Of a stretch of 64,000 bases of DNA, positions 48,935 through 61,830 are shown piece by piece. Numbering within the stretch: position 1 is the stretch's first letter; each line of letters opens with the position of its first letter. Both the position numbers and the translations under genes were made by a program. The notes beneath the pieces were generated by a model. It searched no databases. It was not told where the DNA came from and was given only the letters and a program-made list of their open reading frames with translations. Source of the DNA: Stegostoma tigrinum (Eukaryota); NCBI RefSeq assembly GCF_030684315.1, contig NC_081359.1:42976470-43040469 (forward strand). Reading direction: 5' to 3'.

Positions 48935-49230
48935 GACAGGGTAAAGAAGGATATCCTGTTTCCACAAATTGGTATGGGTTACAATTTCAAGATTTTCCTC
49001 AAGAAAGCTAAGAGTGTGATGACACAAAGACTTCTTTACTCAGAGAGTTGTAAGATTTGGAATGTGCTGCCTGGGAGAGTCGGTGAAGGCAGATACCAAA
49101 GGAGGTTTCAAAAGAGAGCTGGATGTGTATTTGAAAGTGATGCAATTTGGGGACTATGGAGATAGATAAAGCTGAAGAGTGGGACTAGCTGGGTAGCTCT
49201 TTTGGGGATGAGTCCAGACACAATGGGTGA
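48935..49230 (+). mobile_element. CR1 3' fragment, old
   Basis: ttttactcagagagttgtaagatttggaatgtgctgcc..ttcaaaagagagctggatg. Confidence 0.7.
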
Positions 49231-49231
49231 C

Positions 49232-49580
49232 AGAAACATAGAAAATAAGTGCAGGAATAGGCCAATCAGTCCTTTGAGCCTGCATCACCATTCAGTATGA
49301 TGACGGCTGATCATGCAATTTCAGTATTGAATTCCCACTGTCTCTCCATACCCCTTGATCCCTTTAACTGCAAGGGCCACATCCAGTGCCCTCTTGAATA
49401 TATCTAATGAATTGGACTGAACAGCTTTCTGTGGGATAGAATTCCACAGGTTCACAACTCTCTGAGTAAAGAATTTTTTCCTCATCTCAGCTCTGAAAGG
49501 CTTACCTCTTATTCTTAGACTGTGACCCCTGGTTCTGGATTTCTCCCACATTAGGAACATTCTTCCCACATCTAGCCTCC
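49232..49580 (-). mobile_element. CR1/HER1 3' end
   Basis: SRTRGHSLRIRGKPFRAEMRKKFFTQRVVNLWNSIPQ..FKRALD..KGIKGYGE. Confidence 0.92.
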
Positions 49581-49644
49581 ATTTGTAATGGAAAGCTCTA
49601 TGATTCTATGAAGTAGTCAACTTTGCCACTTGTATTATAGATCA

Positions 49645-50360
49645 ATAGATCCAGGGAATGTTGCTGAACAAAGAGACCTTGGAATGCAGGTTCATAATTC
49701 CTAGAAAGTGGAGTAGACACAATAGTCAAGAAAGCATTTGGTATGCTTACCCTTATTGGTCAGTGTATTGAGTAAAGGAGTTATTGTTGTGGCTGCACAG
49801 GACATTGGTTAGGCCTCTTTTGGAATACTGCATTCATTTCTGGTCTCCCTGCTACAGGAAGGATGTTGTGAAACTTGAAAGGGTTCAGAAAAGATTCACA
49901 AGAATGTTGTCAAGGTTGGAGGGTTTGAGCTGTAGGGAGAGGCTGAATAGGCTGGGGCTACTTTCTCTGGAGTATAGGAGGCTAAGGGCTGACCTTACAG
50001 AAGCTTAGAAAATTATGGGGGAGATGAATAGAGTGACTAGCTGAGATCTTTTCCCCAGGATAGGGGAGTACAGAATTAGATGGCATAGGTTTAAATTGAG
50101 AGGGGAAAGATTTAAAAGGAACGTAAGAGGCAACTTTTTCATGCAGACGGTTGTGCGTGTATGGAATGAACTGTCAGAGGAAGTGGTGGAGGCTGATACA
50201 ATTACAACATTTAAAAGACATCTGGATGGGTGCATAAGTAGGAAGGGTTTGGAGGGATATGGGCCAAATACTGGCAAATGGGACTAGATGAATTTAAGAT
50301 ATCTGGTCTGCATGGGCAAGTTGGACTGGTGTCTGTTTTCATTCTGTACACCTCTATGAA
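49645..50360 (+). mobile_element. CR1/HER1 3' fragment
   Basis: TLVRPLLEYCIHFWSPCYRKDVVKLERVQKRFTRML..RGNFFMQTVVRVWNEL..FKRHLD. Confidence 0.93.
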
Positions 50361-51063
50361 TCTAATTGAAAATCCAAAAATAACATTGAAGGAGTGTGCA
50401 AATTTAGAATGCCAAAGTAAACCTGCCAGATTCACAAAGGCATTTTTTGTTTTAATTGTGTTCCCCAAACACTACCATAATCCAGCAAATTCACCTTAAC
50501 ATGGATGTAAGCATAAGGCTTCCCATCAGGAGGCAACAGCACCACTGGTGTGATATTGTATAAAAGTAACCTAACAAAACATTCACAGCAATTCTTCCTC
50601 TGTGGTAACTGGAGGCATCAGGACTGAATTACAGGCACCCTCACTGATTAAAGTACTTGGCATTCTTTTTGCAGTGGATATTGATGAATTCAGCTGTACC
50701 TGAGCCATTTTGTAACATAATTCTACTATGATCAATACATCTTCAAAGATCATGTTTCCTGGAAACATCAAATTGCAACAAAGAAAACACTTTGGCAATG
50801 TTCTGTGAAAATTAATTTTAATTATTTAAAGAATTATATTAGATAAAACTTTACAATGGTCCATAAACCACTTAAAACGTAAAATCATTCTTACATGAAA
50901 GGCAAATTATAAACAATGTGTGTTTATAGACTCCTTTTGTGATGCAACATTTCAAAGTACTTTTACCATGATTTAGTTTCTTAAAATGCAATGTAAGCCA
51001 ATAGCTCCAATGATTTGTGAGTAGCAATACCCACTGTCTTTCATTTTAAAGATCATTTTCCCC

Positions 51064-51220
51064 CATAGAACAGAGAACATTACAGCGCAGTATGGGCCCT
51101 TTGGCCCTCGATGTTGTTTTGACCTGTGAAACCAATCTGAAGCCCATCTAACCTACACTATTCTATTATCATCCATATGTTTATCCGATGACCATTTAAA
51201 TGCCCTTAAAGTTGGCGAGT
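51064..51220 (-). mobile_element. CR1-type 3' tail stub
   Basis: catagaacagagaacattacagcgcagtatgggccctttggccctcgatgttg. Confidence 0.75.
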
Positions 51221-51855
51221 ATAAGTATTACTGTGTTATGTTTAACCAGTTGCAGATAAGTTAAATTAAAATGAAAGTAAATGCAAGTTGTTATGTGGGA
51301 TCTTTAACAGAGAAAAACAACCAAAGTTACTTTACAGGAGCATAACAAAGAAAAGATAATGGCTTTCAATAGCAACGCAATTATTCTCAGCCAGATAGGA
51401 GATGATCGGATAATCACCCTGTTATTTATGCTAGCAGACAGCATTGCTCAAAGCCTACCATTTCTATGAGATATCTGAACTCTGGTCTGTATTCTCACAG
51501 ATCAATAACCTTCCTTTTACCAGGAGATGCTCCTGTAGTTTTTGATCATGAGTTTTGAACTCATGCTGTAGTTCAATGGCTCTTAAGTATAGCCAATGAT
51601 CTGTGACAGTTTCCAGGAAAAATGCAGGCTGATCCAAAACACAGGTTGCTGACCCGCAATGCAGTGGGCAAGGTCAGCTGAGAGGATTGTTCGGAATTCT
51701 CTTCCAAACAGTATGTGACACTATACAAACAAACAGGCTCTCTTGTGTGCAACACAAGTTATCACAAGTGCATGCAACAACAATGTGTTTGCAAGATTAA
51801 TGCCACTGCTGATGCAGTTAGTTGATTTTGGATGCAAGGTACAATAATTAAATTG

Positions 51856-52365
51856 GGGAAATGGTGGCATAATTATAATGTCATTGGGCTGGGAGTCCAA
51901 AGGCTCAACATAGTACTGTAGGGACCTGGGTTTAAATCACACCAGGGCTGCCAGTAGAATTTCAATTCAATTCATAAAATCTGAAATTGGAATCTCGCCT
52001 CAGTTATAGTCACAATGACAATTGTCATCAATTCTTGTTAAAGCACGTGTAAAGAAGTGAGGAGTCAAGAGGGTTGTATTGGTTAAATCTGGCTTTGCTT
52101 TTGAAAGCTGAAATGTTTCAGTTTTTTTTAAGTTACGTGATAACTGATCTGCATTACATTTTTATGAACCCATCTGGTTCACTAATGCTCTTTAGTGATG
52201 AAAATCTGTCACCTTTATTTTGTCTAGTCGATATTCAATTCTAGACCTACATACTAACTGCCTTCTGAAATGGCTCTACCATGCCACTCTTTTCAAGGCC
52301 AATTAGGGATGAGTAATAAATGCTGACCTTGCAAATTATAGTCACATTCAGTGGAAGAATAAAAA
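51856..52365 (+). mobile_element. SINE family B
   Basis: gggacctgggtttaaatc head, cccatctggttcactaatg body, aattagggatgagtaataaatgctgacc tail. Confidence 0.8.
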
Positions 52366-52514
52366 GCAGATTATTGTGATGTTTTCATCACACATTAGAA
52401 TGTTTCAAATAAACATACTCTCATATTCATAAACATGTTCTCATATAAACATATTCATGTTTATAATAAGATGTCTTTGGTTTAATTGGAATGACCTCGT
52501 ATGTAATTTGCAAA

Positions 52515-52650
52515 TTACTGAGGATGTTGGAAATCCGAAATAAAGTACTGGGAAAAGTCAACAGATCTGGCATCATCTGTAGAGAGTCAGAGATATTTTT
52601 TCTGCTCCAAACATTCTTCTTCAGAACTTTTTGGGACTTTTTCTCCAGCT
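52515..52650. mobile_element. Decayed miniature PLE terminal-repeat element
   Basis: actgaggatgttggaaatccgaaataaa..aacagatctggcatcatctgtagagag..acattcttcttcagaac then ttttctccagc. Confidence 0.5.
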
Positions 52651-53739
52651 CCTGTTGCCAGGATGTGACAATGCTTTCTGATACATCCAGGAACTCATCA
52701 AAATATCTTCAAAAATACTCCAGAATACTTGCGGATACTTTGCTTTGGAAAAGGCTCCAAGGAACTTTTTTGTTGCAATTAAGATGTGTATCTCCTAAAC
52801 AATGCCATTAAAGGGCCCATCTTGCAACATTGCCGTTTTTTTTTCCCCTGAGTAAACAATTATTTCTAGAATTCCAGTTCCCAGAGCTGGGATGTCCAAA
52901 GACAAGGCAACCAATAGCAAGGGCAAAGTATGCAAGAGACCAAAGTTGGAATGAGCATAATGTTCTCAGAGAAATATAGCACTGAACATAATTATATGAA
53001 TTGAGTGGGGCAAGTAATTTGAACATGGCAGTAACTATTTAAAATATAAATGCATTTTGAAAGTTATATCTCAGTGTGCAACTGAGCAAGGGCAATTGCA
53101 TATATTGATGTTCTAACATAGTTTCATGGGCAACAACACTCTTAATTGTAGTTCAACTAAAATGTAATTTTGATTGGGTAATTCTGGACTAACAAAGTGT
53201 CGCTCATAGAATGCTATGAGAATATGTATATTTTATTCACAGTGTATGTTTTACAAACTACTTCCTCAGAAAGTAAACTGACTATTATTACAAAAGTCTG
53301 TGATCAAGGACGAACTTTCCTGCTTATTATTTAATACAGAGATAGCTCACAGAACTTGTTCTACAAAAATTGCTGGGCTGAATACATGTAGCTAATGAAT
53401 GATATTAGGCTTTGCCACGCAAATTTCTGTCAATATGGGGGCTCAAAAGGAAATGTTGGAAATGCAGTCTAAATAATTCATTTGTGGATCAAAATGCTAC
53501 AACTTGTGTCAAAAGATTACTGAATGTGGCATAATAAAATTATTAAATCATTCACAGATTTAGCATCCTGCTGGCCCACATCTGTCCTGCAGAATTTGTC
53601 AATATATTATAGTAGGCAGCCTTTGTGGACACATGCCACAATGTCCAAAATTTACTGTAATACATGTGAAAACTTGTTAATGCATGCATTATGCAAGTTT
53701 CAACTGTTCGTGTGATGAGTACCAATGCCCTACTTCAAT

Positions 53740-54320
53740 GGGAATGATAGTGTAATGGTAATATCACTTGAGTAATAATACAGAACCTTAGACTAATGCA
53801 CTAAGTCATGGGTTTGTAAGAACCTAACAATCAAGGGCATAAGTAGGTGATTCAGCCCTTCAAGCCTACACCGCCTTTCAATATGATAATGGCTGATCTC
53901 GCCTCAGCTTCAACTCCAATTTCCTGCCTGTCCTTCATATCCTTTTAACCTTTAATTAAAAACGTGTCTAGCTTCGCCTTAAATTTATTGGGTATCCTGG
54001 CAGCCACCACACTCTGGTGTGGTGAATTCCACATATTCACGACATTTTCAGAGAAGTAATTCCTCCTTATCTCTGCTTTACATCTGCCAATCCTAAATTT
54101 AAGTTGTGGACCTCTCATTCTTGATTGCCCTGTAGAGCAGCTGGTAGAATTTCAAATTCGATTAATTTATAAATCTGTAACTAAAAAGCTAGTCCTAGTA
54201 ATGGTGACCGTGAAACTCTCAAATTGTTGTAATATTCCATCTGTTGCTTCAGGGAAGCTGTTCTGGGTTATGTGTGACCCCAGACTCACAGCAATGGAGC
54301 TGGGTTGAATAAGAACAAAA
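53740..54320 (+). mobile_element. SINE family B with a nested minus-strand CR1 tail (about 53818-54135)
   Basis: gtaatggtaatatcacttgagtaat head. The body resumes at gcagctggtagaatttcaaattc after the insert. Confidence 0.7.
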
Positions 54321-54324
54321 CTGG

Positions 54325-56070
54325 ATGTCATCCTCAGAATTGAAGAGGGAACTCCTGCACCAACAATCTTGTCAATCCTCTTCACTACCAGCTGATATTT
54401 TGTGGCAAAATTTAAAGATCTGCCCCACAGACTAGCCAAGGAAAAACCTGACATACTCATGGAATCACACCTCATGTACAGATAAATGTCCCAGATATGA
54501 CTTCTCTCCATCCCTTGGTATATCCTGTCCTACCAACAACACAGGTGGCAGTGCAATGGTATACAGTCAAGAGGATGTTATCCTGGGAGTCCTCAACATT
54601 GACTTCAGATTGGATAAAGTCTTGTGACATCAGATCCAACATGAGCAAGGAAACTTATTGCTGATTATTACATTCTGCCCTCTCTTGGCAGCTGAATGAG
54701 TGCTCCTCCATAGTGAACACCAAATTAAGGAAGTACTAAGGATGTCAATAGCACATGGTTGAGCAACTTCAGTTTCCACTACCAAGACTAATTCAGCAAC
54801 TTCACTCCTAAATGACATTGTTGCTAGACTGGATCTGCAGCAGGTGTTGAGGGAACTAACAAGAGGGAAATGCAAACCAAAAGAACTGCGGATGCTGTAA
54901 ATCAGAAACAAAAACAGAAGTTTCTGGTAAAGTTCAGCAGGTCTGGCAGCATCTGTGAAGAGAAATCAAAGTTAATGTGTTAGGTCCGGTGACTCTTCCA
55001 CAGAATTGATGGCAGCTTGAAAAATATTGGTTTATATACAGAAGTTAGGGTCAGAGGGGGAGAGGGTAAGGAATAAATGATAGGTAGAGATAGAGCCCAA
55101 AGACAGGGAAGAACAATTGGACAGACAAAGGAGTCAATAATGATCTGGCTGGGAGGGTGAATAGTTGTTAAAAGAGGGAAATGCATGCTTGATTTCATCC
55201 TCACCAATATTCCTGTCGCACATATATCTGTTGATAACAGCTTCAGGAGAAATTACTACCACTCAGTTGCTATGGAGACAAAGTTCTTGATTAACAATGA
55301 GGAACGTTCCAACATGCTGAGTCGCACTTCCACAGTGTTCATTGAAATAGATTAAGAACAGATCTAGCAGCTCAAAACTATGTGGTGCTGTCAGCTATTA
55401 GCAGCAGAAAATTGTATCTGGTGGCAACCATAACCTTATCATCCAGAAGTCCCTCACTCCAACATTATCATCAATTTACTGATCAAGCCTGGTTCAATGG
55501 AGTGCTAGGAGAGAATGCCAATAGGACACCTAAATATGAAATAACAACATGGTGAAGCTATAAATTAGGACTACTTGCGTACCAAATAGTATAAACATCA
55601 AGTGATAGACAGAGCAATGCTATCTCACAAACAACAACTGGATCTAAACTTTGCAGTCCTGCCACATTCAGTCATGAACAGTGGTGGATAATTAAACTGC
55701 TCACTGAAGGAGGAGGAGGCTGTACGAATATCCCATCTTTAATGATGGAGCCCAGCACATCAGTGCAAAAGACCAGGATGTACCATTTGGAATTATCTTC
55801 AGCCAGAAGTGCTGAGTAGTTATCACAGTCTCCTATCAGGTCCCCATTAATACCATTATGACTCCTCAAAGAAAGAATCTAGCCATCATCCCTTGATATT
55901 CAACAGCATTATCATCACTGTAGTCCCACTATCAACATCCTGGGGATTACCATTGAATGGAAACTGAACTGGATAGACCATGTAAATACTGTGGCTACAA
56001 GAGCAGGTCAGAGAATAGGAATCCTGTAGACAGTAACTCACCTCCTGACTCCCCATGTGCCTGTCCAACA
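54325..56070 (+). mobile_element. LINE family B, decayed and internally deleted (endonuclease through RT C-terminal region)
   Basis: LPHRLAKEKPDILMESHL..PWYILS..GGSAMVYSQE (endonuclease N-terminus). Later INILGITI and VATRAGQRIGIL. Confidence 0.8.
54875..55171 (-). mobile_element. PLE 3' terminal fragment
   Basis: aaaagaactgcggatgctgtaaatcagaaac..cagcaggtctggcagcatctg. Perfect 14-bp TSD aagagggaaatgca (54861-54874, 55172-55185). Confidence 0.85.
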
Positions 56071-56214
56071 GCGATGAATCATAGTTTCAGATGTTTTTAA
56101 CTGCAATCTTTTAATGCAAATATTTCAAAGTTCAGTAGTTGTCAGTGGAGTGTTACTCTTAACTGAAAATGCATGCACCAGACTACCTTGTACAAACAAT
56201 CTATCTCCTTATGT

Positions 56215-56487
56215 TCTTTTCTTTTAACTGTTTCATGGGAATAGGAATCACTTACTAGGGTAGCATTTATTGTTTATTCCCAAATATCCTCACCAGTTTA
56301 AGGATGGCAGATTTCCTTTCCTAAAGGGCACTATTAAACCAAATGCGTTTATATGACAGTGCTCACCATTAGGCTAGCGTTTTATTCCATATTTTCTATT
56401 TTGATTTCAAATTTCACCATCTCCCATGATGGGGTTGAAATCCATGTCCCCAGAACAGTGACATACCACTATGTCACCACCTCCCAC
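56215..56487 (-). mobile_element. SINE family B
   Basis: tagcatttattg..taaggatggcagatttcctttcctaaagg..aaatttcaccatct is the reverse of the family B body. Confidence 0.75.
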
Positions 56488-57777
56488 TCCCTCATGTTAT
56501 ACTGATTACTGCGCTGTTTGCTGAAAATTCGGGGTCAGATTGCAACAAAGATATTAATCACCTTCAACTCATCATGTTTTAAAGAAGATCTCCAAATAAT
56601 CATTAGATAATAATGAGAAGTGTAAAATATCTTTCAGTAGCTATGGCAAATTTCAAATAATATGGACAGTAGTAATACAATAGAGTATGCAATTTTAATA
56701 CTAGGTTTTAAAGGTTGCTACATTTCTAAAATGGAATATACCTAAATTACTAAAAATGGGCAATTTTACAAATATTCCTCCAATATTTCTAGCCGATAGT
56801 GGAAAAAAACATTCATAACAGACTGCAATGCACCTAACCACATAGTGAGGAAGTGTCTTTAGTCTCTCAAAAAACGCAGGAGAAAATTACTTAATGATCA
56901 CAGTCTTGTCTGTTCTAACTCATTTTAAACTTTTCCATTAAATAGCCTCAGCACTTGATGAATCTAACATAGGAACACATAGCAAATTAAGTGCTGGGTT
57001 TTTCATTACTGAAAAGATAGAGTCCTTGAAGCTGTCATTCTGTGTGAGGGTACTGCTTGTTTGACAGTTGTTGAATTCATCCCTGTGGCCACATGTAGTA
57101 ACTGCTAATAAAATGGCTTCAGCTGCCTGATAAGAAACAGAAACCTCTTATGGCTCTGAAGGGTTTCACTTGGACATGTTTCCCCTTAAAGTCAGCGTTT
57201 ATTCATTGTGACCTTATTTTTCTCTCGCTGTGTTGAACGAGATACTTCCCAAGTCATATCTATCATGGCTAATGCATAATTATTTTCATTACCTATGTAT
57301 GGGAAGTTCTTTTTAGCTGCTAGTGATTTTGTAAAGGAGAAAAAAGTGCCATGGAAGATCTTTATTGAGGATAAAACTTTGCTGTTGTCTTTCTCAGAAA
57401 GCGACTGAAACCCTAAACAGAGAAAGGAGAATACAATGACTTTGTTGCGACAGTGTTTCCTGCATTTATGAGGGTGCTGTGTACTTAATTTTCCAGTACT
57501 CAATAGAAGTTTGTTTTCAGTCATCAGGTCATCATGATGCTGGAAAAGTTGCATTTAACAATACCCTAAACAATTGTTGGTTCAACTGAGTGTTAGTTAG
57601 GCTACTTCATCAATCATTAGGAACCAACCATGGCCCATGGAATCACATGTTAAATGTACTAAGTTCCCTTTTCTGAAGGTGAAGCATTTGGACCTTTATG
57701 TTAATCTGACAGTTGTCATGACACATAACTTAATAATTTTATTGAATTCAATTTCACAATTTGCAATGGACTTACAG

Positions 57778-58330
57778 GAGTTCAAGATTCTTGATGTATC
57801 TGTGCATTAATCGTCAAAGGTGGCAATACATGCTGAATGTTTTGTGAAGCTTCTCGTCTTCATGCCTTTGTTAATGGGATCACAGAGTATGACAGCAAGG
57901 ATGTTATGTTAAACTTGTAGACACCACTGGTTCTGCCGCCACCGCAAATTTGGTCAAAATTTAGGTAAGGTGTGAAGACATTGGAGAGATTGCAAATAAG
58001 ATTTGCGGCACCATTCTAGGGATGAGAAACTTTAGTGCTAAAGGTAGATTGGAATGATTTTCTTTGGAGAAGAGAAGGTTGAGTGATTTGACAGAGGCAT
58101 TAATAGTCAAGAAAGATTTGAACAAAGTAGATAGAGAGCAGCCGCTACCAGTGGTGGAAGAATCAAGAACACAAGGGGAAATGATGGAGAAAATAAGAAA
58201 AGTTTGTTTTCATGCAGTGAGTGATTAGAGTCTGCAATACACAGCACAGAAGTGTGGTGGAGGCAGGTTTAATTGAAGCATTCAGGAAGCATTAGGATTA
58301 TTATCTAAAAAGAAAGAATGTGCAGTAACT
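57778..58330 (+). mobile_element. CR1 fragment, old
   Basis: gagtatgacagcaaggatgttatgttaaacttgtag..ctttggagaagagaaggttgag..gtggtggaggcagg. Confidence 0.7.
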
Positions 58331-58497
58331 AGAACGCCACCATCCAGAATATTTTAAAGTAGACATCAGCTATTTTCAAGGCTACTTGATTTTGATTTAG
58401 CCTGTTGCAATTATATCAGTAATGTAGCACACGCTGAAAGATTTTGACCTAATACTCAACATTCTGCACAAGCCAGTTGCCTCACAACAGGAATTCT

Positions 58498-58810
58498 TTT
58501 AATTCTTTCATGGGATGTGGGCATTACTGTCTGTGTCAAAATTTATTGCCTATTTCTAATTGCCCTTGAAAAGGTGGTGGTGAGCTGCCTTCCTGAGCTG
58601 CTGCAGCCCATAGGGGTGTAAGTAAACCCATAATGCTGTTGGGAGGGACTTCTAGGAATTTAACCCAGTGACACTGAAAGAACAGCAATATTTTCGAAGG
58701 GGATGGTGAGTAGCTTTGGGGGGAACCTGCAGGGGGTGGTGTTCCAATGTATCCGATGAATTTGTCCTTCAAGATGGAAGTGGTCATGGGTTTTTGATTT
58801 GAATTATTGT
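58498..58810 (-). mobile_element. LINE family B 3' end
   Basis: ttcatgggatgtgggcatt..atttattgcctatttctaattgcccttgaaaaggtggtggtgagc. Confidence 0.8.
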
Positions 58811-58819
58811 AGTCACATA

Positions 58820-59170
58820 TGCCTAAAGAAGGCATGTTAATGGGCAGAGGATGAAGCAACATTTCAAAGATTCTCTGACAGCATACCTAAAGAAATGCAA
58901 TGTAGACATCAATGCCTGGGAGATTCTAACTCGAAACAAACAGACTTGGAATCTTCTGCATGAAGGGGTAAGTTCTTTGATTACACCCATGGGCAACTGA
59001 AAATATGGAAAAGGAACCTGAGAAAGAATCTCAAAACCAATGACATATTCCACCTCCCAGAAACACCTGCACACATGTAGTGACATGGAATTTCTTAGGT
59101 GGACAATCATACTTATTAGGGAACGATTACTGATGACAAATAATGTATTTAAGATTTTCATGCAAAACCA
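58820..59170 (+). mobile_element. RTE-clade LINE C-terminal fragment
   Basis: KQHFKDSLTAYLKKCNVDINAWEILTRNKQTWNLLHEG (RTE R.KDTLK..LK..WE.LA.DR..W). Confidence 0.75.
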
Positions 59171-59533
59171 AAAGCTCAACACGACAGAATACTTTTCATT
59201 CCATTGACAGAAGGCTAACAATCAAATAAAATGTATTTTGTTCCAATTAAAGGAGGACTTATTGACAGATAATGTTTCAATATTTGTTAGTTTTCAAGAC
59301 AAATGTAAACATTTGAGGTTCATAAAAAATACACGTGATCTTCTGACTGTCATATTCAAACCAAAACAAGATTACCTGGAGCTGGATCACAGGGTTCAGA
59401 AACCAGTGAGCACACCATGGCAAACTGGAACAATCATAAAAAAATGGAATTTCACTAAGTCCACAAGTCTCGAGAGTATTCTCTCTTCTTCATTCCACAA
59501 TTAGATTAATTTACTAAGGCTCCATACTTGGGA

Positions 59534-59665
59534 GGTGGACAAACGAAAGGCTGGAAGAACACAACAGGCCAGGCAGCATCTAGAGGAAAGGAGTAGTCAC
59601 ATTTCAGATATTACCCTTCTCCTTTGTCCACCTTGGATTCCAGCATCTGCAATTTTGCTTTGTCT
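59534..59665. mobile_element. Miniature fold-back PLE remnant
   Basis: ggtggacaaa..tttgtccacc inverted ends plus the tail ttggattccagcatctgca. TSD ctccatacttggga (59520-59533) / ctccatatgtggga (59666-59679). Confidence 0.7.
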
Positions 59666-60034
59666 CTCCATATGTGGGAACTCCCTAATAAACATGACAA
59701 CACTCTTTAAAAACTATGCCTTATAATCCTCTTTTTACTAGGCATTTGTTTTCTTCCTATGCTTTGAAGCAATCTTATGACTTCCAGTAATTAGAAAAGT
59801 GCATAATGAAGCTATAAAATAACACTGTTCATATTTCATTACTTCGTTCTATTCACTATCTCATTAATTTGTTGCAGACCAAATCCCAGGAGAATAGAAC
59901 GGGCCAAACTGGTGAAGGCACCATTACTTTAAGACAATTTGCAACCTAGCCTGTTAGTGAAGTGGCCACTAAGATGTAAAAAAAGGTTCATAACTTAACC
60001 AGAGGCAGCAACAGTAAGGAAATTTGTACAATGG

Positions 60035-60350
60035 TTCAGCAAGCAAGAAGGAATGCAAATGGCTTCATGATCATGGTCTTCATGACAAGGGTTTGAGTAT
60101 AGAAGCCAGGAAATCTGACAAAAACTGCACAGAGCCTTAAGTGAGACCACATACAAAGTAGTCTGTGCAGTTTTGGTTTGCTTACTGAAAAAATATACTT
60201 GACATGTATGGAGTGCAGCAAAGGTTCACCAAACTGATTCCTGGGATGGTAGGTGTGTGGCCAAGGAGAGATCAGGCTAAATGGGCCAGGGGTCTAGTTG
60301 AAACAGTACATTTCTGACAGGGTTGGACAGACTGGATGCAAGGGTGATAT
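60035..60350 (+). mobile_element. CR1 fragment
   Basis: agggtttgagtatagaagc..gtgagaccaca..tgtgcagttttgg..gcagcaaaggttcaccaaactgattcctgggatg. Confidence 0.75.
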
Positions 60351-61399
60351 AATGCCTGTTGTTGTGCAATAGAGTAAAAAGGTTCATCAATAGCATGGTA
60401 CAGTAACCATTGGAATTGACAATCTTATCGAGCCTGAGATTGAGACCAGCTGAGGTTTATGCATTTTCTTAAATAAATGTTATTTTGTCCAGTTTCTTTT
60501 TATGAACTGTTGTCGGCCATGATTGTGCTGTAAACAGCTCAATTGACCGTAAATGACCCCAAGAGAGTGCCTTGAAAACCACTGAGTATGTTAGAAAGGC
60601 TGGAGTGGGAACTGAAGGGGTAGCTACCTGTCTATCCTGATGACTTGAATTTGAATCCCAATGTTCAATTTTGTTCAGTCTTTTGCCCACAATAAATCAT
60701 TTTCCATAGCTCTTGACTAACTGTGAAACAGAAGACAGGGAGCCTGAATCATGGTTTAGGTTAGATGAAGCACAGGTTAGCTGCATCAACTTAAATTTCT
60801 GGTTCTACTTCCTGTCTTAGCTGAAGTGAGGTTTTTCCAGTAATCATGATTAATTTATGCCATATTGGTTTGGAATACAAGTATTCCATTCTACTGGTTA
60901 TGTTAATTATTAATTAAACAATTAGATTAATTTGGATGAGATAGTGAAGTTGTTGGACTAGTAATCCAGTAGGCTGAGGGTCATGGGTTCAAATCCCAAT
61001 ATAGCAGTTTGTGGGTTGTTTAAAGCAAAGGCGATTGTGTGGCAATCTGATCAACGAGTCAAAGATTTTAGCAGATTTGATTACTGTCTTTAAATCCCAT
61101 TCACAAATCATAAGAGGACCAGAAAACATGTTTCGCAATTCTTGCACATTTAAACATTTTCTCTATTTCTGATAAACACTCAGCCAAACCCTCAGTTTCA
61201 ACTATCTGTTTCCTTTTGATACTTTCCTTCAAACCATCATTGGCTGTCGCTTGATTTATGGTTGACATCTATTCAGAATTCTGAGTTTCTGCCCCGCGTC
61301 TTTACAAGAACAAACAGACCAATTCTTGACCTATAGATCTTTGAGAATGGCATGTCCTGTGATAGTGCAGAATTGGCTTCCCTTTCTTTCATTCATTGA

Positions 61400-61830
61400 C
61401 TCATTACTAAGGTGTTTTGGCTTGAAGCTTGATGCATCTTGATTGACAAGTTGCCATTATTTTAAACAATTGGAAACAAGCTCCACCAATCATTAAGATT
61501 CATGCTCCTTTCCTAAACTGCTTCACTGCAAGTTTCAGAGTGTTCTTGTATTGTCTTCCTTGCCCTTGCCCAGAACGTTGGCCATTTGAGAGTTGAGAAA
61601 ACAGGATATAGCTTGGACAACTGCTTTTCAACCATCTGGATAGTGTCAACTCTATCATAGTTTTGTCCGAATGCTTGGCGTACTAGTTTCAAGATTGAGA
61701 TTCATGTTTGTATGACAGTTCTTCCCATTGAATCTGGAAAATGCAAGCATGGTGGAATTTCACTGGTATTGGAACAACATCACATGACTACTGAATATAT
61801 TTCACATCCTGTGGGGCGTGTAGAGCTGCT
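61400..61830 (-). mobile_element. RTE-clade LINE C-terminal fragment
   Basis: Minus strand ..ILFSQLSNGQRSGQGQGRQYKNTLKLAVKQF. Confidence 0.65.

Noticed and set aside
51332-51470. Possible terminal exon after tttacag (EHNKEKIMAFNS..)
   Set aside because: About 43 codons with no recognisable homology and no partner exon.
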